Origin: Eledone cirrhosa | Taxonomy: Eukaryota | NCBI GenBank assembly: GCA_964016885.1 | Contig: OZ024751.1 | Location: 44,082,001 to 44,146,000 of the forward strand | Length of the DNA: 64,000 nucleotides | Direction: 5' to 3' | Shown: positions 23,413-39,134 of the stretch, piece by piece | Position numbering within the stretch: position 1 is the first letter of the stretch | Layout of the letters: every line of letters starts with the position of its first letter | Made by a program: the position numbers and the translations under genes | The notes under the pieces: generated by a model | The model's database searches: none | Seen by the model: only the letters and a program-made list of their open reading frames with translations | What the model was told of the DNA's origin: nothing

Positions 23413-23949
23413 TTCATACCACGCCCCTCCATCAATATCACACCACTCTCCTCCTACACCAGTACAGTGCCCTTCAGTGTAAAGATGGTATTCACGTAGT
23501 TTTATATTTCCTGTTTTTTTTAAGATAAAACAAGTCTTTTGTATCCCGTTACATCTTAGTATATTGTTAGTCAGTCACAAACTGAGACACCGTGGTTAAA
23601 TTGGTTGAATGGCTTGATGGTTAGTTAGTTAATTAGTTGGTGGTTTGGTTAATAGTTTTGGTTGGCTCGTAGGCTGGCTGGTTGGCTGGCTAGATAGTTG
23701 ATAAGTTGATTGGTTGGCTCGCTGGCTGGCTGACTAACTGACTGGCTGACTGGTTGATTGGCTAGCTGGTTGGCTGGTTGACTGACTGACTAGTTGGTTT
23801 GCTGGCTGGTTGGATGGTTGGCTGGCTCGTTGGTTGGTTGGCTGGGTGGTTGGTTGGCAGGTTGGATGGTTGGTTGGCTAGTTGGTTGGTTGGTGGACTG
23901 ACTTGTTAGTTTGCTGGCAGGTCGCTTGGTTGGATAGTTGATTGATTGG

Positions 23950-24665
23950 TTAGCTAGCTGGATGATTAGATGGTTACCTAACTGGATGGTTAGATGGTTA
24001 GCTGGATGGTTAGATGGTTAACTAGCTGGATGGTTAGATGGTTACCTAGCTGGATGGTTAGATGGTTACCTAGCTGAATGATCAGATGGTTAACTAGCTG
24101 GATGGTTAGCTAGCTGGATGGTTAGATTGTTAGCTAGCTGAATGATTAGATGGTTAGCTAGCTGGATGATTAGATGGTTACTTAGCTGGATGGTAAGATG
24201 GTTAGCTGGATGGTTAGATGGTTAACTAGCTGGATGGTTAGATGGTTACCTAGCTGAATGGTTAGATGGTTAGCTAGCTAGATGATTAGATGGTTAACTA
24301 GCTGGATGGTTAGCTAGCTGGATGGTTAGATTGTTAGCTAGCTGGGTGATTAGATGGTTAGCTAGCTGGATGATTAGATGGTTACCTAGCTGGATGGTTA
24401 GATGGTTACCTAGCTGGATGGTTAGATGGTTACCTAGCTGGACGATTAGATGGTTAACTAGCTGGATGGTTAGCTAGCTGGATGGTTAGATTGTTAGCTA
24501 GCTGGATGATTAGATGGTTAGCTAGCTGGATGATTAGATGGTTACCTAGCTGAATGGTTAGATGGTTAGCTGGATGGTTAGATGGTTAACTAGCTGGATG
24601 GTTAGATGGTTACCTAGCTGGATGATTAGATGGTTACCTAGCTGGATGGTTAGATGGTTAGGTAG
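23950..24665. repeat. ~23-bp minisatellite TAGCTGGATGGTTAGATGGTTACC
   Basis: Tandem units embedded in a (TTGG/CTGG)n region. Confidence 0.9.
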
Positions 24666-25179
24666 CTGGATAGTTGGTTGGCTGGCTTGATGGTTGTTTG
24701 GCTGGCTTGATGGTTGTTTGGCTGGCTGGTTGATTTGTCAATGTGAATGTATTTAGGTATCTAAAATAAAGCAAATTTTCACCGGAACTAAAACTGTTTT
24801 TGACTCATTCCACCCACGTCATTACGTTTCCATAATTGTTGTTGATATTACAAAAGAAAAGAGGAGAGAACAAAAAACACAAAAACCCTAATATACAGAC
24901 GTACATGTACGCAATTATACTCACCTACAAACATACATAAACACACACACACACAAGTAAACACGCACACAAAAAACACACGAATAGAGAGTCGTACAAG
25001 CACACACAACCACAAACACTCATATAGACACATATACAAACGTACATACAAACAAATACATACAAACATACTTATATATAAATATGTATATATATATATA
25101 TTGTATATATACATATTGTTTCCACGTGTATATATTTATGTATGCATGTATGTATGTATATATTAGCGTGTTAATGTGC

Positions 25180-25216
<37 letters not shown>

Positions 25217-25218
<2 letters not shown>

Positions 25219-25406
25219 AACCAGTAAGACCCCGACAGCTGAGCTCAAGCCGTTTCGACGGCTAATTCTAGACAGAATTAGCCGTCGAAACGGCTTGAGC
25301 TCAGCCGTCGGGGTCCTACTCGTTCCTATTACCCACTCTACTACCCTAAGTATTGAGTACTTTGGTGCGTTATGGTCCACCTGGTTCCTTACCACATTTC
25401 CTTCGT
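25217..25406 (+). mobile_element. Family A fold-back element with non-identical arms
   Basis: The arms differ at 3 diagnostic sites. Confidence 0.85.
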
Positions 25407-25543
<137 letters not shown>

Positions 25544-25546
25544 ATA

Positions 25547-25623
<77 letters not shown>

Positions 25624-25627
<4 letters not shown>

Positions 25628-25820
25628 AGAGTCAGGAACCTCGACGGATGAGCTCCGGCCGTTTCGACAGCTAGATCGACAGCTGTCGAAACGGCCGGAG
25701 CTCAGCCGTCGGGGTCCCTGACTCTTTTCTCATTACCCTCTGTACCACCCTAAGTATTGAGTACTATGGTACCTTATGGTCCACCTTGGTATCTTACCAC
25801 ACCTTCATTTTTACTTCTAT
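25624..25820 (+). mobile_element. Family A fold-back element, divergent subfamily
   Basis: gaaacggccggagctcagccgtc..ctgactcttttc arms plus a tail. Confidence 0.8.
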
Positions 25821-25894
25821 GAGTGTCTGAGCATGTATACATGTGACATATGTTCATACGTGTCTACATTGATGTATACACACACATAAATTTA

Positions 25895-25966
<72 letters not shown>

Positions 25967-25971
25967 TATAT

Positions 25972-26042
<71 letters not shown>

Positions 26043-26043
<1 letters not shown>

Positions 26044-26234
26044 CGAAGGAAATGTGGTAAGGAACCAGGTGGACCATAACGCACCAAAGTACTCAATACT
26101 TAGGGTAGTAGAGTGGGTAATAGGAACGAGTAGGACCCCGACGGCTGAGCTCAAGCCGTTTCGACGGCTAATTCCCACGACGGAGAATTAGCGGTCGAAA
26201 CGGCTTGAGCTCAGCCGTCGGGGTCCTACTCGTT

Positions 26235-26236
<2 letters not shown>
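26043..26236 (-). mobile_element. Family A fold-back element
   Basis: Long arm on the minus strand and short arm on the plus strand, in (TA)n. Confidence 0.85.
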
Positions 26237-26273
<37 letters not shown>

Positions 26274-26333
26274 TTATTAAAATAACAGATTAAAGTTTAA
26301 GCAAAGAATCGCTGCTTTCACCCTTAACGGGAT

Positions 26334-26377
<44 letters not shown>

Positions 26378-26527
26378 AGTGCGTGTGTATGTACACGTAT
26401 GTACATGTATATATATAAATACCTCTATATATATACACATATATATATATATGTGTATGTGTGTGTATGTGTGTGAGTTAGTGTGAGTGAATGTGTGTGT
26501 GTGTGAATGTATATGTGAGTTTGTGTG

Positions 26528-26599
<72 letters not shown>

Positions 26600-26656
26600 C
26601 GTGTGTATGTGAATGTGTATGTATGTATGTAAATGTGTACGTGAGTTTGCGTGTGA

Positions 26657-26696
<40 letters not shown>

Positions 26697-26950
26697 TTAT
26701 TTTGAAGACAGTACTTATTAAATGTTGAAGCTTCTTATTTCATGCTCTGATTAAGATTTCGTGTTTCTTTTATTTTGTTTGTTTTTAAATTTCTGTTTTC
26801 TTCTTTCTTTTTATTTATTTTATTTTTGTTTTTTGTGTATTTTCTGTCTTTATTTTTCTTTTCTTTTAAAATTATGATCCCTTGATTGATGTGAGGGAGG
26901 GAGAAGTGAGAGGAGAAGAAGAAGAGAGGGAGAGAGATAGATAGAGACAG

Positions 26951-27013
<63 letters not shown>

Positions 27014-27440
27014 ATGGAGAAAGAAAACAAAGCAAGGCAGGAAGTACATGTAAGGAAAGGAGTGAAGAGAAGGAGGAGGAAAAAGAGGAAAATGGACAAG
27101 AAAGACAGAAAGAAATAAGGAAAGAATAGATGAATAGTAAAAGGTCGTTGTGTCTAATTAATGTGGGACTGTATGTCACATGTTACACATCAGACGTTGA
27201 CGTTTGGTGGTGGTGGTGGTGGTGACAGTGGTAGTGGTGGTGACAGTGGTGGTTACCTCAGTCTGTTTCATGTGGAACACTCATATTTTCTACACAAAAC
27301 ATATATTTCTACACTCTACCCACCGACATTGAATGATCATTCAGTTAACGTTTGAATGTTTTAAATACACATTCTTCACAGCATAAACACACACAAAAAA
27401 CGTATTTTTTTTTACTATGAAGAATAGTCTAACAAATTGG

Positions 27441-27484
<44 letters not shown>

Positions 27485-27541
27485 CTCTGTAGCCTACATA
27501 GAGCACTCTTTTATCCTGTACCTTTCCGACGGAAATACTTC

Positions 27542-28351
<810 letters not shown>

Positions 28352-28948
28352 TATATATATATATATTAGGTTGGCTCTTATTTAACAAAACACCAATCTC
28401 TGCAAAATTTCAGCTCAAGCAGACAACTGCAATGCGACCCTCATCGACCGTGAAATTTTCAAGTTTTCGCCCGGAAAGTCATTTTTTCAGATGATCATTT
28501 TTTATCTCTTATATAATTTTCTCTTAAATGAAAAAACTTGTTCTGACTTATTCTTGGTATTAGAAGGATAAATGACAATAAATATAATGGGGAAGGCAAC
28601 TTGCAAAGCTGTGGACAGAGCGCAGGTATAGGGCAAACAATTATTTTTCGCTGTGGGAGCAGCAAGCTTTTAACTTTCGGAAAATTGCCTATTGCTACAT
28701 ATATCCGTATGTGGTTGACAGCTGAGAGAAATGAGTACTCGGTATTGAGTAATATATATATATATAGTTATAGGAATAACCAAAGAGTGCTTAGAAATAC
28801 ATTGTTTTATTAGCTAACAGTGTTTCATCCATACACCATGGCAGGAATCATCAGAACCTATAAACAAGAGTATAAACAAGAGTATATCACTGTCATACCA
28901 AGGGCAATATATCTGCATGTCTGGGCATATTGATATATTTGTCAACGA

Positions 28949-29009
<61 letters not shown>

Positions 29010-29659
29010 ATATAGTAAGGTGTATTATTGGTCCAATAAACTTTTGTTAGCAATATTAAGTTCTCCACGCTTTTGTATATCTCCAATTCCATTTATGGGA
29101 ACAGCTAGATGATGTAAAACGGAGTTTTACATCATCTAGCTGTAAATATTATATATATATATATATAAAAGAATAAAAAGAGAGCAAGGAGAAAGGGAGA
29201 GCAAGGAGAGCAAGAAGAAAGGGAGAGCAAAGAGAGCAAGGAGAGCAAGGATAAAAGGAGAGCAAGGAGAAAGGGAGAGCAAGGAGAGCAGTGACAAAAG
29301 GAGAGCAATGAGAGGAAGGATAAAAGGAGAGCAAGGATAAAAAGAGAGCAAGGAGAAAGGAAGAGCAAGGAGAGCAGTGAGAAAAGGAGAGCGAGGAGAG
29401 GAAAGAGAAAAGGAGAGCAAGGAGAGTAAGGAGAGAAAAGGGGGATGGGGCAGGGGGGAAGCGAGGAAGGGGAGAAAGGGGAAGTGAGGAAATATAGGGG
29501 CAAGGGGAGAAAGGGGTGGAAATGGAGGTAGGATATGTAGGGCGGGAAGGTGAAGAAGGGGAGGATAGGGAGGGGTGAGGTAGAGGAGGAAGGGGAAGGG
29601 ATAGAATTGGATGATGAGGAGGAGAGGAGCATATATACATATATCAGTATGTGGTTATA

Positions 29660-30297
29660 TATATATATATACAATGTATATATATACAATATATATATAC
29701 AATGTATATATATACATTGTATATATATACAATTTATATATATACAATATATATATATACAATGTATATATATACAATATATATATATACAATTTATATA
29801 TATACAATATATATATACAATGTATATATATATACAATGTATATATATGCAATGTATATATATACAATTTATATATACAATATATATATATACAATGCAT
29901 ATATATATACAATTTATATATATACAATATATATATACAATGTATATATATATACAATGTATATATATACAATGTATATATATACAATTTATATATACAA
30001 TATATATATATATATACAATATATATATATACAATGTATATACAATATATATATATATACAATGTATATATATATACAATGTATATATATATATACAATA
30101 TATATATAATTTATATATATACAATATATATATATACAATATATATATATATATACAATGTATATATATATACAATATATATATACAATCTATATATATA
30201 CAATATATATACAATGTATATATATACAATGTATATATATACAATATATATATATACAATATATATATACAATATATATATACAATATATATATACA

Positions 30298-30328
<31 letters not shown>

Positions 30329-30600
30329 ATATATATACAATGTATATATATACAATATATATATATATACAATATATATATACAATGTATATATATACAA
30401 TATATATATATATATACAATATATATATACAATGTATATATATATACAATATATATATACAATATATATATACAATATATATATATACAATATATATATA
30501 CAATTGATATATATACAATGTATATATATACAATGTATATATATACAATATATATATACAATATATATATATACAATATATATATACAATATATATACAT
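29660..30600. repeat. (TA)n-ACAAT compound minisatellite
   Basis: Repeated atatatatacaat(g/t) units. Confidence 0.95.
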
Positions 30601-30989
30601 TTGCTGGGGTTGCCTGGATGTGTCCACATAAATTTCTCTAAGAAGAAAGGAGCAAATGGTCAAGATAGGAAACAGGTGTCATGTGTCCGAACACGGAAGT
30701 GCCGAACTCCCACTGTCATCGCCCTCCCTATCTCTCTCTAAATGGGGTCCTACATGCTGGCCGCCCCACAGAATGGAGAAGACGTTCCCCAGAATTAATT
30801 GTTGCGTATACTATGTTCCATTCCAACTTCAAGGGGTTTGAGGGTCGCCTACCAGTTGTCCGATTGAGCTGAAATTTTGCACACCCCGTTTGTTTGTTGA
30901 TTGGAACAGGATTAGGGCAAAGGTGTAGCAAAATGTTAACTTTCGGAAAATTACCTATTGCTAAGGGCCACCATAATATATATATATTT

Positions 30990-31109
30990 ATTTATTAAAA
31001 TAACAGATTAAAGTTTAAGCAAAGAATCGCTGCTTTCACCCTTAACGGGATTTTCTGAAACTATCGAGCCCTCTTCGGATTTTAGTCTTCATATTTATTA
31101 TTATTACTA
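30990..31109 (-). mobile_element. Family H element: hammerhead-like arm plus inverted tail piece
   Basis: Minus-strand motif at 31012-31062; tail fragment at 31063-31109 on the plus strand. Relatives at 26274-26336, 37061-37155, 48250-48404 and 59430-59491. Confidence 0.7.
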
Positions 31110-31184
31110 TATATATCCTTTCCTAACCTTCTCACGCTACTCATATGTCTATCTGTTCTCTCCTTATCCGAACTTTTCTTTATG

Positions 31185-31460
31185 CTTTATGGCATATAGT
31201 TACATCCCTTTACGTCCTGAGTTCAAATCCCGCCGAGGTTAGCTTTGCCTTTTATCTTCATGGAGGTCGATAAAATAAAGTACCACTCACGCACTGGGTC
31301 GATTTAATACAATTTCCTCTTCCCTAAAATTGTTGCCTTTTGTACCTAGTTCAAATCCCGCCGAGGTTAACTTTGCCTTTCATCCTTCCGAGGTCGATAA
31401 AATAAAGTACCAGTAATACACTGGGTAATTGCTGGCCTTGTGCCAAAAGTAGAAACAATT
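31185..31460 (+). mobile_element. Two type 1 SINE copies in tandem
   Basis: gttcaaatcccgccgaggtt..gtcgataaaataaagtacc occurs twice. Confidence 0.8.
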
Positions 31461-31903
31461 ATTATTATTATGTTTGATTTCTGAATTCAATTCCGGTGTA
31501 AGTCAATCTTCCATGTTTTTCTGGTCCTTAAAACCAGTCGATGATAAATGTACTGTATTTAATATTATCGATTACTACCCTTTCTTTTGAGTTCATTTCG
31601 TGTTCCAAAACCTCTTCACCTTTGAAGTCTTTAAAATAATTAAGAGCCAATAAAATAAATACCGGGGTATTTGTAAGCAATTAACAAACCTGGAAGAAAA
31701 GGTAGCCCAGTATAGCAAGGGTTCACTGACCGAAACCAGTAAAACAGAAATTAAAAACAAAACTAAATAAAGTAAATAAATAAACCAAGGCGCTTGTTGT
31801 TCAACGTTGATTCTTCTTTTCTTTACACTGAATAATCAGGTTACCTCATTATTTTATGAATACAGTCTGCAGAAATTAACTTATAAACACACACACACAC
31901 ACA

Positions 31904-32030
<127 letters not shown>

Positions 32031-32463
32031 CACATATGCGTGTTTGTAATAAATAAATATAACGAAGGTGCATGGTTTAGTGGTAAGGTTGTTCGGCTAT
32101 CGTCCGTAAGATCGGGGTTTCGATTCCTTGGTCAGGCGTTATGTTGTCTAAGGTTGACCGTTTTATTTAAGGTTGACCCCTTCTTTTGAGTTTTTATTTG
32201 TCAATCAATGGGCCAGCGTTGTCACATACTCTCGCTCTCATCATATATATATATATATATGTATATTTTCGAACAAAAAAAAAAATGTTCCGTTCCTTCC
32301 GCTTCTTACTCTCTATCTTTCTATTTTATCTGTTATCTTTTATTTCTTCTATCTTATAATGAAGGACTAGTGACCAAACATTTTAAGACTCTTTTCCTAC
32401 TATATCAAGCGTTAAACTAATATATTTCTTCATTCTAGTGTGTTGTCTACTTTTTTTTCTGTT

Positions 32464-32494
<31 letters not shown>

Positions 32495-32528
32495 GGAAAG
32501 TTATATATTGAGTTTCTAACTCAATCTA

Positions 32529-32577
<49 letters not shown>

Positions 32578-32693
32578 TATCATAGATTGAGTTAGAAACT
32601 CAAAATATACATGTGTTCCAATTGCAAAGGACCAAGTTAGCTAACACATGTATACTTATATCTCTGTTCATCTCTCTCATATATTCAATTATA

Positions 32694-32748
<55 letters not shown>

Positions 32749-32759
32749 ATATATATATA

Positions 32760-33199
32760 CAATGATATTAAATAAATGGAAACTATATTTATAAAGCCAT
32801 ATTTATTTTATTATATATATTTCAAGGGTACCAAAACACTTTAATACGCTTTCTTCAGATAAAATACAAAGTTTGTTTTATAAATAGAGACATACCCATG
32901 AAAATCATACCTTATCAGTTGGATATTCTCTGGATATCCAACTGATAAGGTATGATTTTCATGGGTATGTCTCTATTTATAAAACAAACTTTGTATTTTA
33001 TCTGAAGAAAGCGTATTAAAGTGTTTTGGTACCCTTGAAATATATATAATAAAATAAATATGGTTTTATAAATATAGTTTCCATGTATTTAATATCATTG
33101 AATATTTACTCCAGGAACTTGTTGAGTGTTCTAAATCAGTTATAAACATTTATATTTATATTTGTCGGATTTCCAACAAATTAAATACAGCTTCTACTT
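32760..33199 (+). mobile_element. Family D fold-back element
   Basis: ~167-bp arms centred near 32930, with a tail at 33101-33199. Hammerheads at 32804-32866(-) and 32994-33056(+). Confidence 0.85.
32994..33056 (+). ncRNA. Family D type I hammerhead
   Basis: TATTTTAT-CTGAAGA-AAG c GTATTAAA gtgt TTTGGTAC c CTT-GAAA-TATATA-TA^ATAAAATA. Confidence 0.85.
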
Positions 33200-33308
33200 A
33201 TATGTATATATATATATATATATGTAAGAATGTGTGTGTGTATATAACATTAAATATACATACATATAAACACCCATACATAACATGTATGTCTTTCTAT
33301 ATATTTAT

Positions 33309-33748
33309 ATATTATTCAAAATATTAACAAATGAAAAATATTCTCATAATCAAAATATATACTTTATTATATATACTTCAGAGGTACTGTGTTGTTTTTT
33401 CAGTACGTCCTCATCAGACAAAATATATGATTTGATATATGACACACCGCTACGGTCTTGATTATTCAATTCCAGTATTGGTAGTAATACTGGAATTGAA
33501 TAATCAAGACCGTAGCGGTGTGTCATATATCAAATCATATATTTTGTCTGATGAGGACGTACTGCAAAAAACAACACAGTACCTCTGAAGTATATATAAT
33601 AAAGTATATATTTTGATTATGAGAATATTTTTCATTTGTTAATATTTTGAATAATATTAAAAACTCCAGGAAAACTATTGTTGAGTGCTTCTAATCTATT
33701 GTAAAATTGTATTCATTGAGTAATCAACGAACCATACTAATCTTTGGT
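33309..33748 (+). mobile_element. Family D-related fold-back element
   Basis: ~172-bp arms centred near 33483. Motif at 33540-33606: CTGATGA..GTACTG/CAGTAC..GAAG-TATATA-TA (GAAA changed to GAAG). Confidence 0.8.
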
Positions 33749-33839
33749 TATATATATTTGTATATATATATACGAATATATGTAAAAAATATATATATAT
33801 AGATAGACATGCATGTTATGTATGGGTGTTATATGTATG

Positions 33840-33887
<48 letters not shown>

Positions 33888-33892
<5 letters not shown>

Positions 33893-34197
33893 ATACTTGG
33901 GGAGGGTCATATTTGTGTAATATTGCCAGAATTAATAACAGAACACACTCACTGTTTGGTTGGTTTTCGCTTCTCGCTGTCTTTTATATCTGCGATCTAA
34001 CTTAATCGGTCCTCAATGTTGCCATTGACTGACCCACGGTCAAAAATAATACAGATACAATATAGACACAAACACATATATATAGTTTACATAATTTACA
34101 TAAATCTTTCGTTGCACATCTGCAACATCGTCAGTGGTGTTATATTTTTTCCTCCTGTTGTGTTGTATGTCTACGCCATTTTTTATTCAGTCTGTCT
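33888..34197 (-). mobile_element. Family B solo arm
   Basis: Co-linear with 27669-27973, with the same two ends. Confidence 0.8.
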
Positions 34198-34230
34198 ATA
34201 TATTTATTTATTTATTTATTTTTTATATAT

Positions 34231-34454
<224 letters not shown>

Positions 34455-34705
34455 TTACATATATTATATATATATATATATATATACATACATACATATA
34501 ACACCCATATATAACATGTATGTCTAGCTATATATATATATTTTTATATAAATTGACTCTAAGGACAGAATTTATAGTATATATATATATATATATATAT
34601 ATATACTATAAATTATGTCCACTATTTTTCCCATCTTGACGACATAGTCGCATATATGTTATGGAATACTATTAGCTTCTCGCTAAAACAATTTCTATAC
34701 CTTTC

Positions 34706-34746
<41 letters not shown>

Positions 34747-35792
34747 TACAGACATACGCGCGCACACACGAACAAACAGACATATATATTGAAAAAAAAA
34801 ATGATATAAAATTCTTCGGGCGTGTTTGAAGAAAAAATATCATGAATTTATGTACTTTTGATTTAACTTGTATCGTTTGTTATACAAACAATCAAACAAA
34901 TATAGAAATATGCAAACATCCAAACAAACAAACAACCAAGAGACACTCGCAGATAATAAGACCACAACAAAAGAAAAAATAAACGAAGAAACAAAAGGAA
35001 AAAAAACTAACACAAATACTATAATAAATAATTCATTTTTTCTGATCGCATTTAATTTTTCTAAAGCCACAGACAGAAGAGAGAGAGAAAGAGAGGAGGA
35101 GGGAGGGAGAGATAGAGAGAAAGATAGATATATAGATAGATAGAGAGAGAGGGGGGAGAGAGAGATAGATAGATAGAGAGAGAGGGGGAGATAGAGAGAG
35201 AGATAGATAGATAGAGAGGAGGGTAGAGAGATAGATAGAGAGAGATATATATAGATAGTGAGAGGGAGATAGAGAGAGGGGGGGTAGAGAGATAGAGAGA
35301 GAGGGAGGAGAGATAGATAGATAGATAGATAGATAGAGAGAGAGAGGGGGAGATAGAGAGAGAGAGATAGATAGATAGAGAGGAGGGTAGAGAGATAGAT
35401 AGAGAGAGATATATATAGATAGTGAGAGGGAGATAGAGAGAGGGGGGTAGGGTAGAGAGATAGAGAGATAGAGAGAGAGAGGGGGGGAGAGAGAGAGATA
35501 GATATATAGAGAGATATATATAGATAGATAGTGAGAGGGAGATAGAGATAGAGAGTGAGAGAGAAAGAGAAAGGGGTGACATTGGTCAAACTGTTATTAT
35601 TCGAGTAGTCAGGGTATTTTTATTACTGGCGATGGAGATCACGCGAGAGTGAGGAATAGGTGGGGGTTGGGGTTGGGGGTGGGGATAGGGTGGGTGGGGT
35701 GGAGAGATGTTAGAAAGGGAAATGTTTAGACAGACAGACAGATAGATAGTGTTTATTTTCTTATTGTTTTGGAATGTAAAAGAGAGAGTTAG

Positions 35793-35847
<55 letters not shown>

Positions 35848-35850
<3 letters not shown>

Positions 35851-36093
35851 CGGGTAAAATTCCCGAGATCCATGGACGAGTTCTCTCCAGCGGTCTCTGT
35901 CCCTCATTATCGCTGCCATGTCCTGCGTCTCCAACAGACCAGTGTCTGTCCTTAGGGCATCAACATACGTTAACCTTGGACTGCGGTTAGCTGGACATGC
36001 TCACCGACATCCAGAGTTGACATTGCACTCAGTGCTCCTTTGGGAGCCCCTACATGGACACACTAGAAGAGGAAGACCAGGGTTAACGTATGT

Positions 36094-36097
<4 letters not shown>
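35848..36097 (+). pseudogene. RTE/RTEX-like LINE ORF C-terminal fragment
   Basis: LRLAGHAHRHPE..LLWEPLHG..RRGRP..TYVD motif. Confidence 0.7.
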
Positions 36098-36137
<40 letters not shown>

Positions 36138-36311
36138 ATATGTTATATATATAGAAATAATCTATTATTTTAATAAATATATATATATATATATATATAG
36201 TAATAATCTGTAATATATATATATAGTAATAAATATATATATATATAGTAATAATCTGTTATATATATAGAAATAATGCGTTATTTTAATATATATATAT
36301 ATATATATATA

Positions 36312-36571
<260 letters not shown>

Positions 36572-36649
36572 ATATATAATCTGAGTTTTTCGAATATTAA
36601 TAATAACATTCGATTCGTTAGAATGAACACTTCATTCTTGTCTTATGTT

Positions 36650-36715
<66 letters not shown>

Positions 36716-36751
36716 CATATATATTTATACATACATATATATACATATATA

Positions 36752-36783
<32 letters not shown>

Positions 36784-37150
36784 CACACGTGCGCGCCTGC
36801 ACACACATATATTGTTTCTTTTTCTCTTGTGTTACAAAACCACAAACCGTGTTCAATGCAGCTTTATGTTGGAAGTGTGCAGACTCTGTTCTATGCTATT
36901 GTATAAGTGATGGACACCTATATACACACATACATATATGCATAGAAGCATGCATGTGTTAAATATGTATACCTATGTATGTATACATATTCATATATAT
37001 ACATATATATATATTTATACATAAATAAATATATATATATATTTAATATATATGTATATATAAATATTTGCTCTAGGGTTCTTATATATTTGATATATAT
37101 TTATCCTTATCGAGCCCTCTTTGGATTTTAGTCTTCACATTTATTATTAT

Positions 37151-37221
<71 letters not shown>

Positions 37222-37223
<2 letters not shown>

Positions 37224-37423
37224 AACGAGTAGGACCCCGACGGCTGAGCTCAAGCCGTTTCGACGGATAATTCTAGACTCCTGTGGAGTCCAGAATTAGC
37301 CGTCGAAACGGCTTGAGCTCAGCCGTCGGGGTCCTACTCGTTCCTATTACCCACTCTACTACCCTAAGTATTGAGTACTCTGGTGCGTTATGGTCCATCT
37401 GGTTCCTTACCACATTTCCTCCG

Positions 37424-37424
<1 letters not shown>
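37222..37424 (+). mobile_element. Family A fold-back element
   Basis: Arms meet at ~37283; tail present; (TA)n flanks. Confidence 0.85.
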
Positions 37425-37485
<61 letters not shown>

Positions 37486-37559
37486 AGAGTTGACGGACCC
37501 AGCATATTTATCAATGCCAGTACCGCTTGTATCTCAGCGAACTCCATGGGCAATGTAAG

Positions 37560-37603
<44 letters not shown>

Positions 37604-37887
37604 CAATCGTGAGGTTGTAAGTTCAACTCTCGGTCGGGGCGATGCGTTATGTCCTTGGGCAAGACACTTTATTTCACGTTGCTCCTTCTACCTGGAGTTG
37701 CGACCGATATATAGTATTATCAATTGGAAAGACCAATGGAAACATTATCTCCTCGGTCCGATTTAACGAAAAGTCGATCGACTGTCGATATATATATATA
37801 CGTATATTTATGTATATATACATATAAAAGTGTGTGTGTGAATGGAAACAGAAAGAGAGAAAGAGGGAGAGAGGAAGAGATAGACAG

Positions 37888-37919
<32 letters not shown>

Positions 37920-38121
37920 CAAAGAGACATGAAAAGGAAAAGAAAGCAAACTGGAGGGATCGGGTGGTGGATGGTGGTGGTGGTGGTGGTGGGTGGTAAG
38001 GAGAATTAAAATGGAAATTGTTTTTTTGGTTTGATTGTTTGTTTGTTGGTTTATTATTTTTTTTGTTTATTTCTCTTTTTGTTTTGGGAACTTTTTTTTT
38101 TCTTTCTGTTTTTGTTTTAAC

Positions 38122-38646
38122 TTATGATTTGGCCAACTCCTGATGTGCGTGAGCTAGCATCGGAATGTGGTCCATCGTGGACGAATGTTCTTTCGCTTTG
38201 AAACGCAAGTTATCAATACTGGATTTTCTCATATCAACCACATCAGGGTCAAAGGTGAATCTTACGGGCGAGTGGCTGATATGTGGACTTGGTATCATAC
38301 TACTGTTAAGAAGGATGTTTGGTAGTACACTCGGTGTGCCAGTGGATGTACCCACGTAGTTCGATAGAAGACCTCCAAATGGTAGTTTCCCAGGGATACA
38401 GGACGGTGCAATTGTAGAGAAACCTGGTTGATGATGCAACGTTAAAAATGGACTCACTCCGGTGAGATGTGGGAAACGGTTTTGCCAGAAGGAATCACTT
38501 GCTGTGCTGTTGAAATGTGTAGATCCAGCTAAAGAGCTCACGTCTGGTAATGATTGGATGTGTTCGTTCGATAAAAATGTCGGACTCTCGCGACCCATCG
38601 CCTTTTCTCGTTTGCGCCATTTTGCTCGTCTGTTCTGAAACCAAAC
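38122..38646 (-). CDS. hbn: Paired-class homeobox gene, last coding exon (homeodomain helix 3 + OAR motif); homeobrain-like
   Basis: Acceptor ttcgtccag|GTT. Encodes VWFQNRRAKWRKREK and the OAR motif DMRKSSIDNLRFKAKEH. TAA at 38124-38122. Confidence 0.9.
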   Translation of the reverse strand, partial: VWFQNRRAKWRKREKAMGRESPTFLSNEHIQSLPDVSSLAGSTHFNSTASDSFWQNRFPHLTGVSPFLTLHHQPGFSTIAPSCIPGKLPFGGLLSNYVGTSTGTPSVLPNILLNSSMIPSPHISHSPVRFTFDPDVVDMRKSSIDNLRFKAKEHSSTMDHIPMLAHAHQELAKS

Positions 38647-39134
38647 CTGGACGAAGGAAAAAGGGGGGGAAATAGAATAAATAAATAAGCACACGTATAA
38701 AAACTATACAAATAAATAAATAAATGAATAAATAAATAAATTAATTAATTAATTAACATAAATATATGAATAAATAAAACCAGTTACAAATATAAGATTC
38801 ATTCTAAATTAGATTGAAACAGAAAATCTAGGGAATTCAGAGAGTCAGCAGAGGTGGAGAGGAGGAAAAAGGACAGTAGTAGTAGTAGTAGTAAGTTGTT
38901 GTTGTTGTAGTAGTAGTAGTGGTGGTAGTAGTAGTAGTAGTAGTAGTGGTAGTAGTAGTAGTAGTAGTGGTGGTAGTGGTAGTGGTAGTGGTAGTGGTAG
39001 TGGTAGTAGTAGTAGTAGTGGTGGTAGTGGTAGTAGTAGTAGTATTAGTAGTAGTAGTGGTAGTGGTAGAAGAAGAAGAAGAAGAAGAAGAAGAAGAAGA
39101 AGAAGAAGAAGAAGAAGAATTGTGAGAGACTTAC

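Noticed and set aside
28366-30965. Dispersed inverted similarity (28395-28445 vs 30835-30885; 28670-28697 vs 30936-30963)
   Set aside because: Probably old DNA-transposon fragments, but the ends and family cannot be defined.
32062-32135. tRNA-like sequence with A and B boxes
   Set aside because: No good cloverleaf; it matches a degenerate SINE head.
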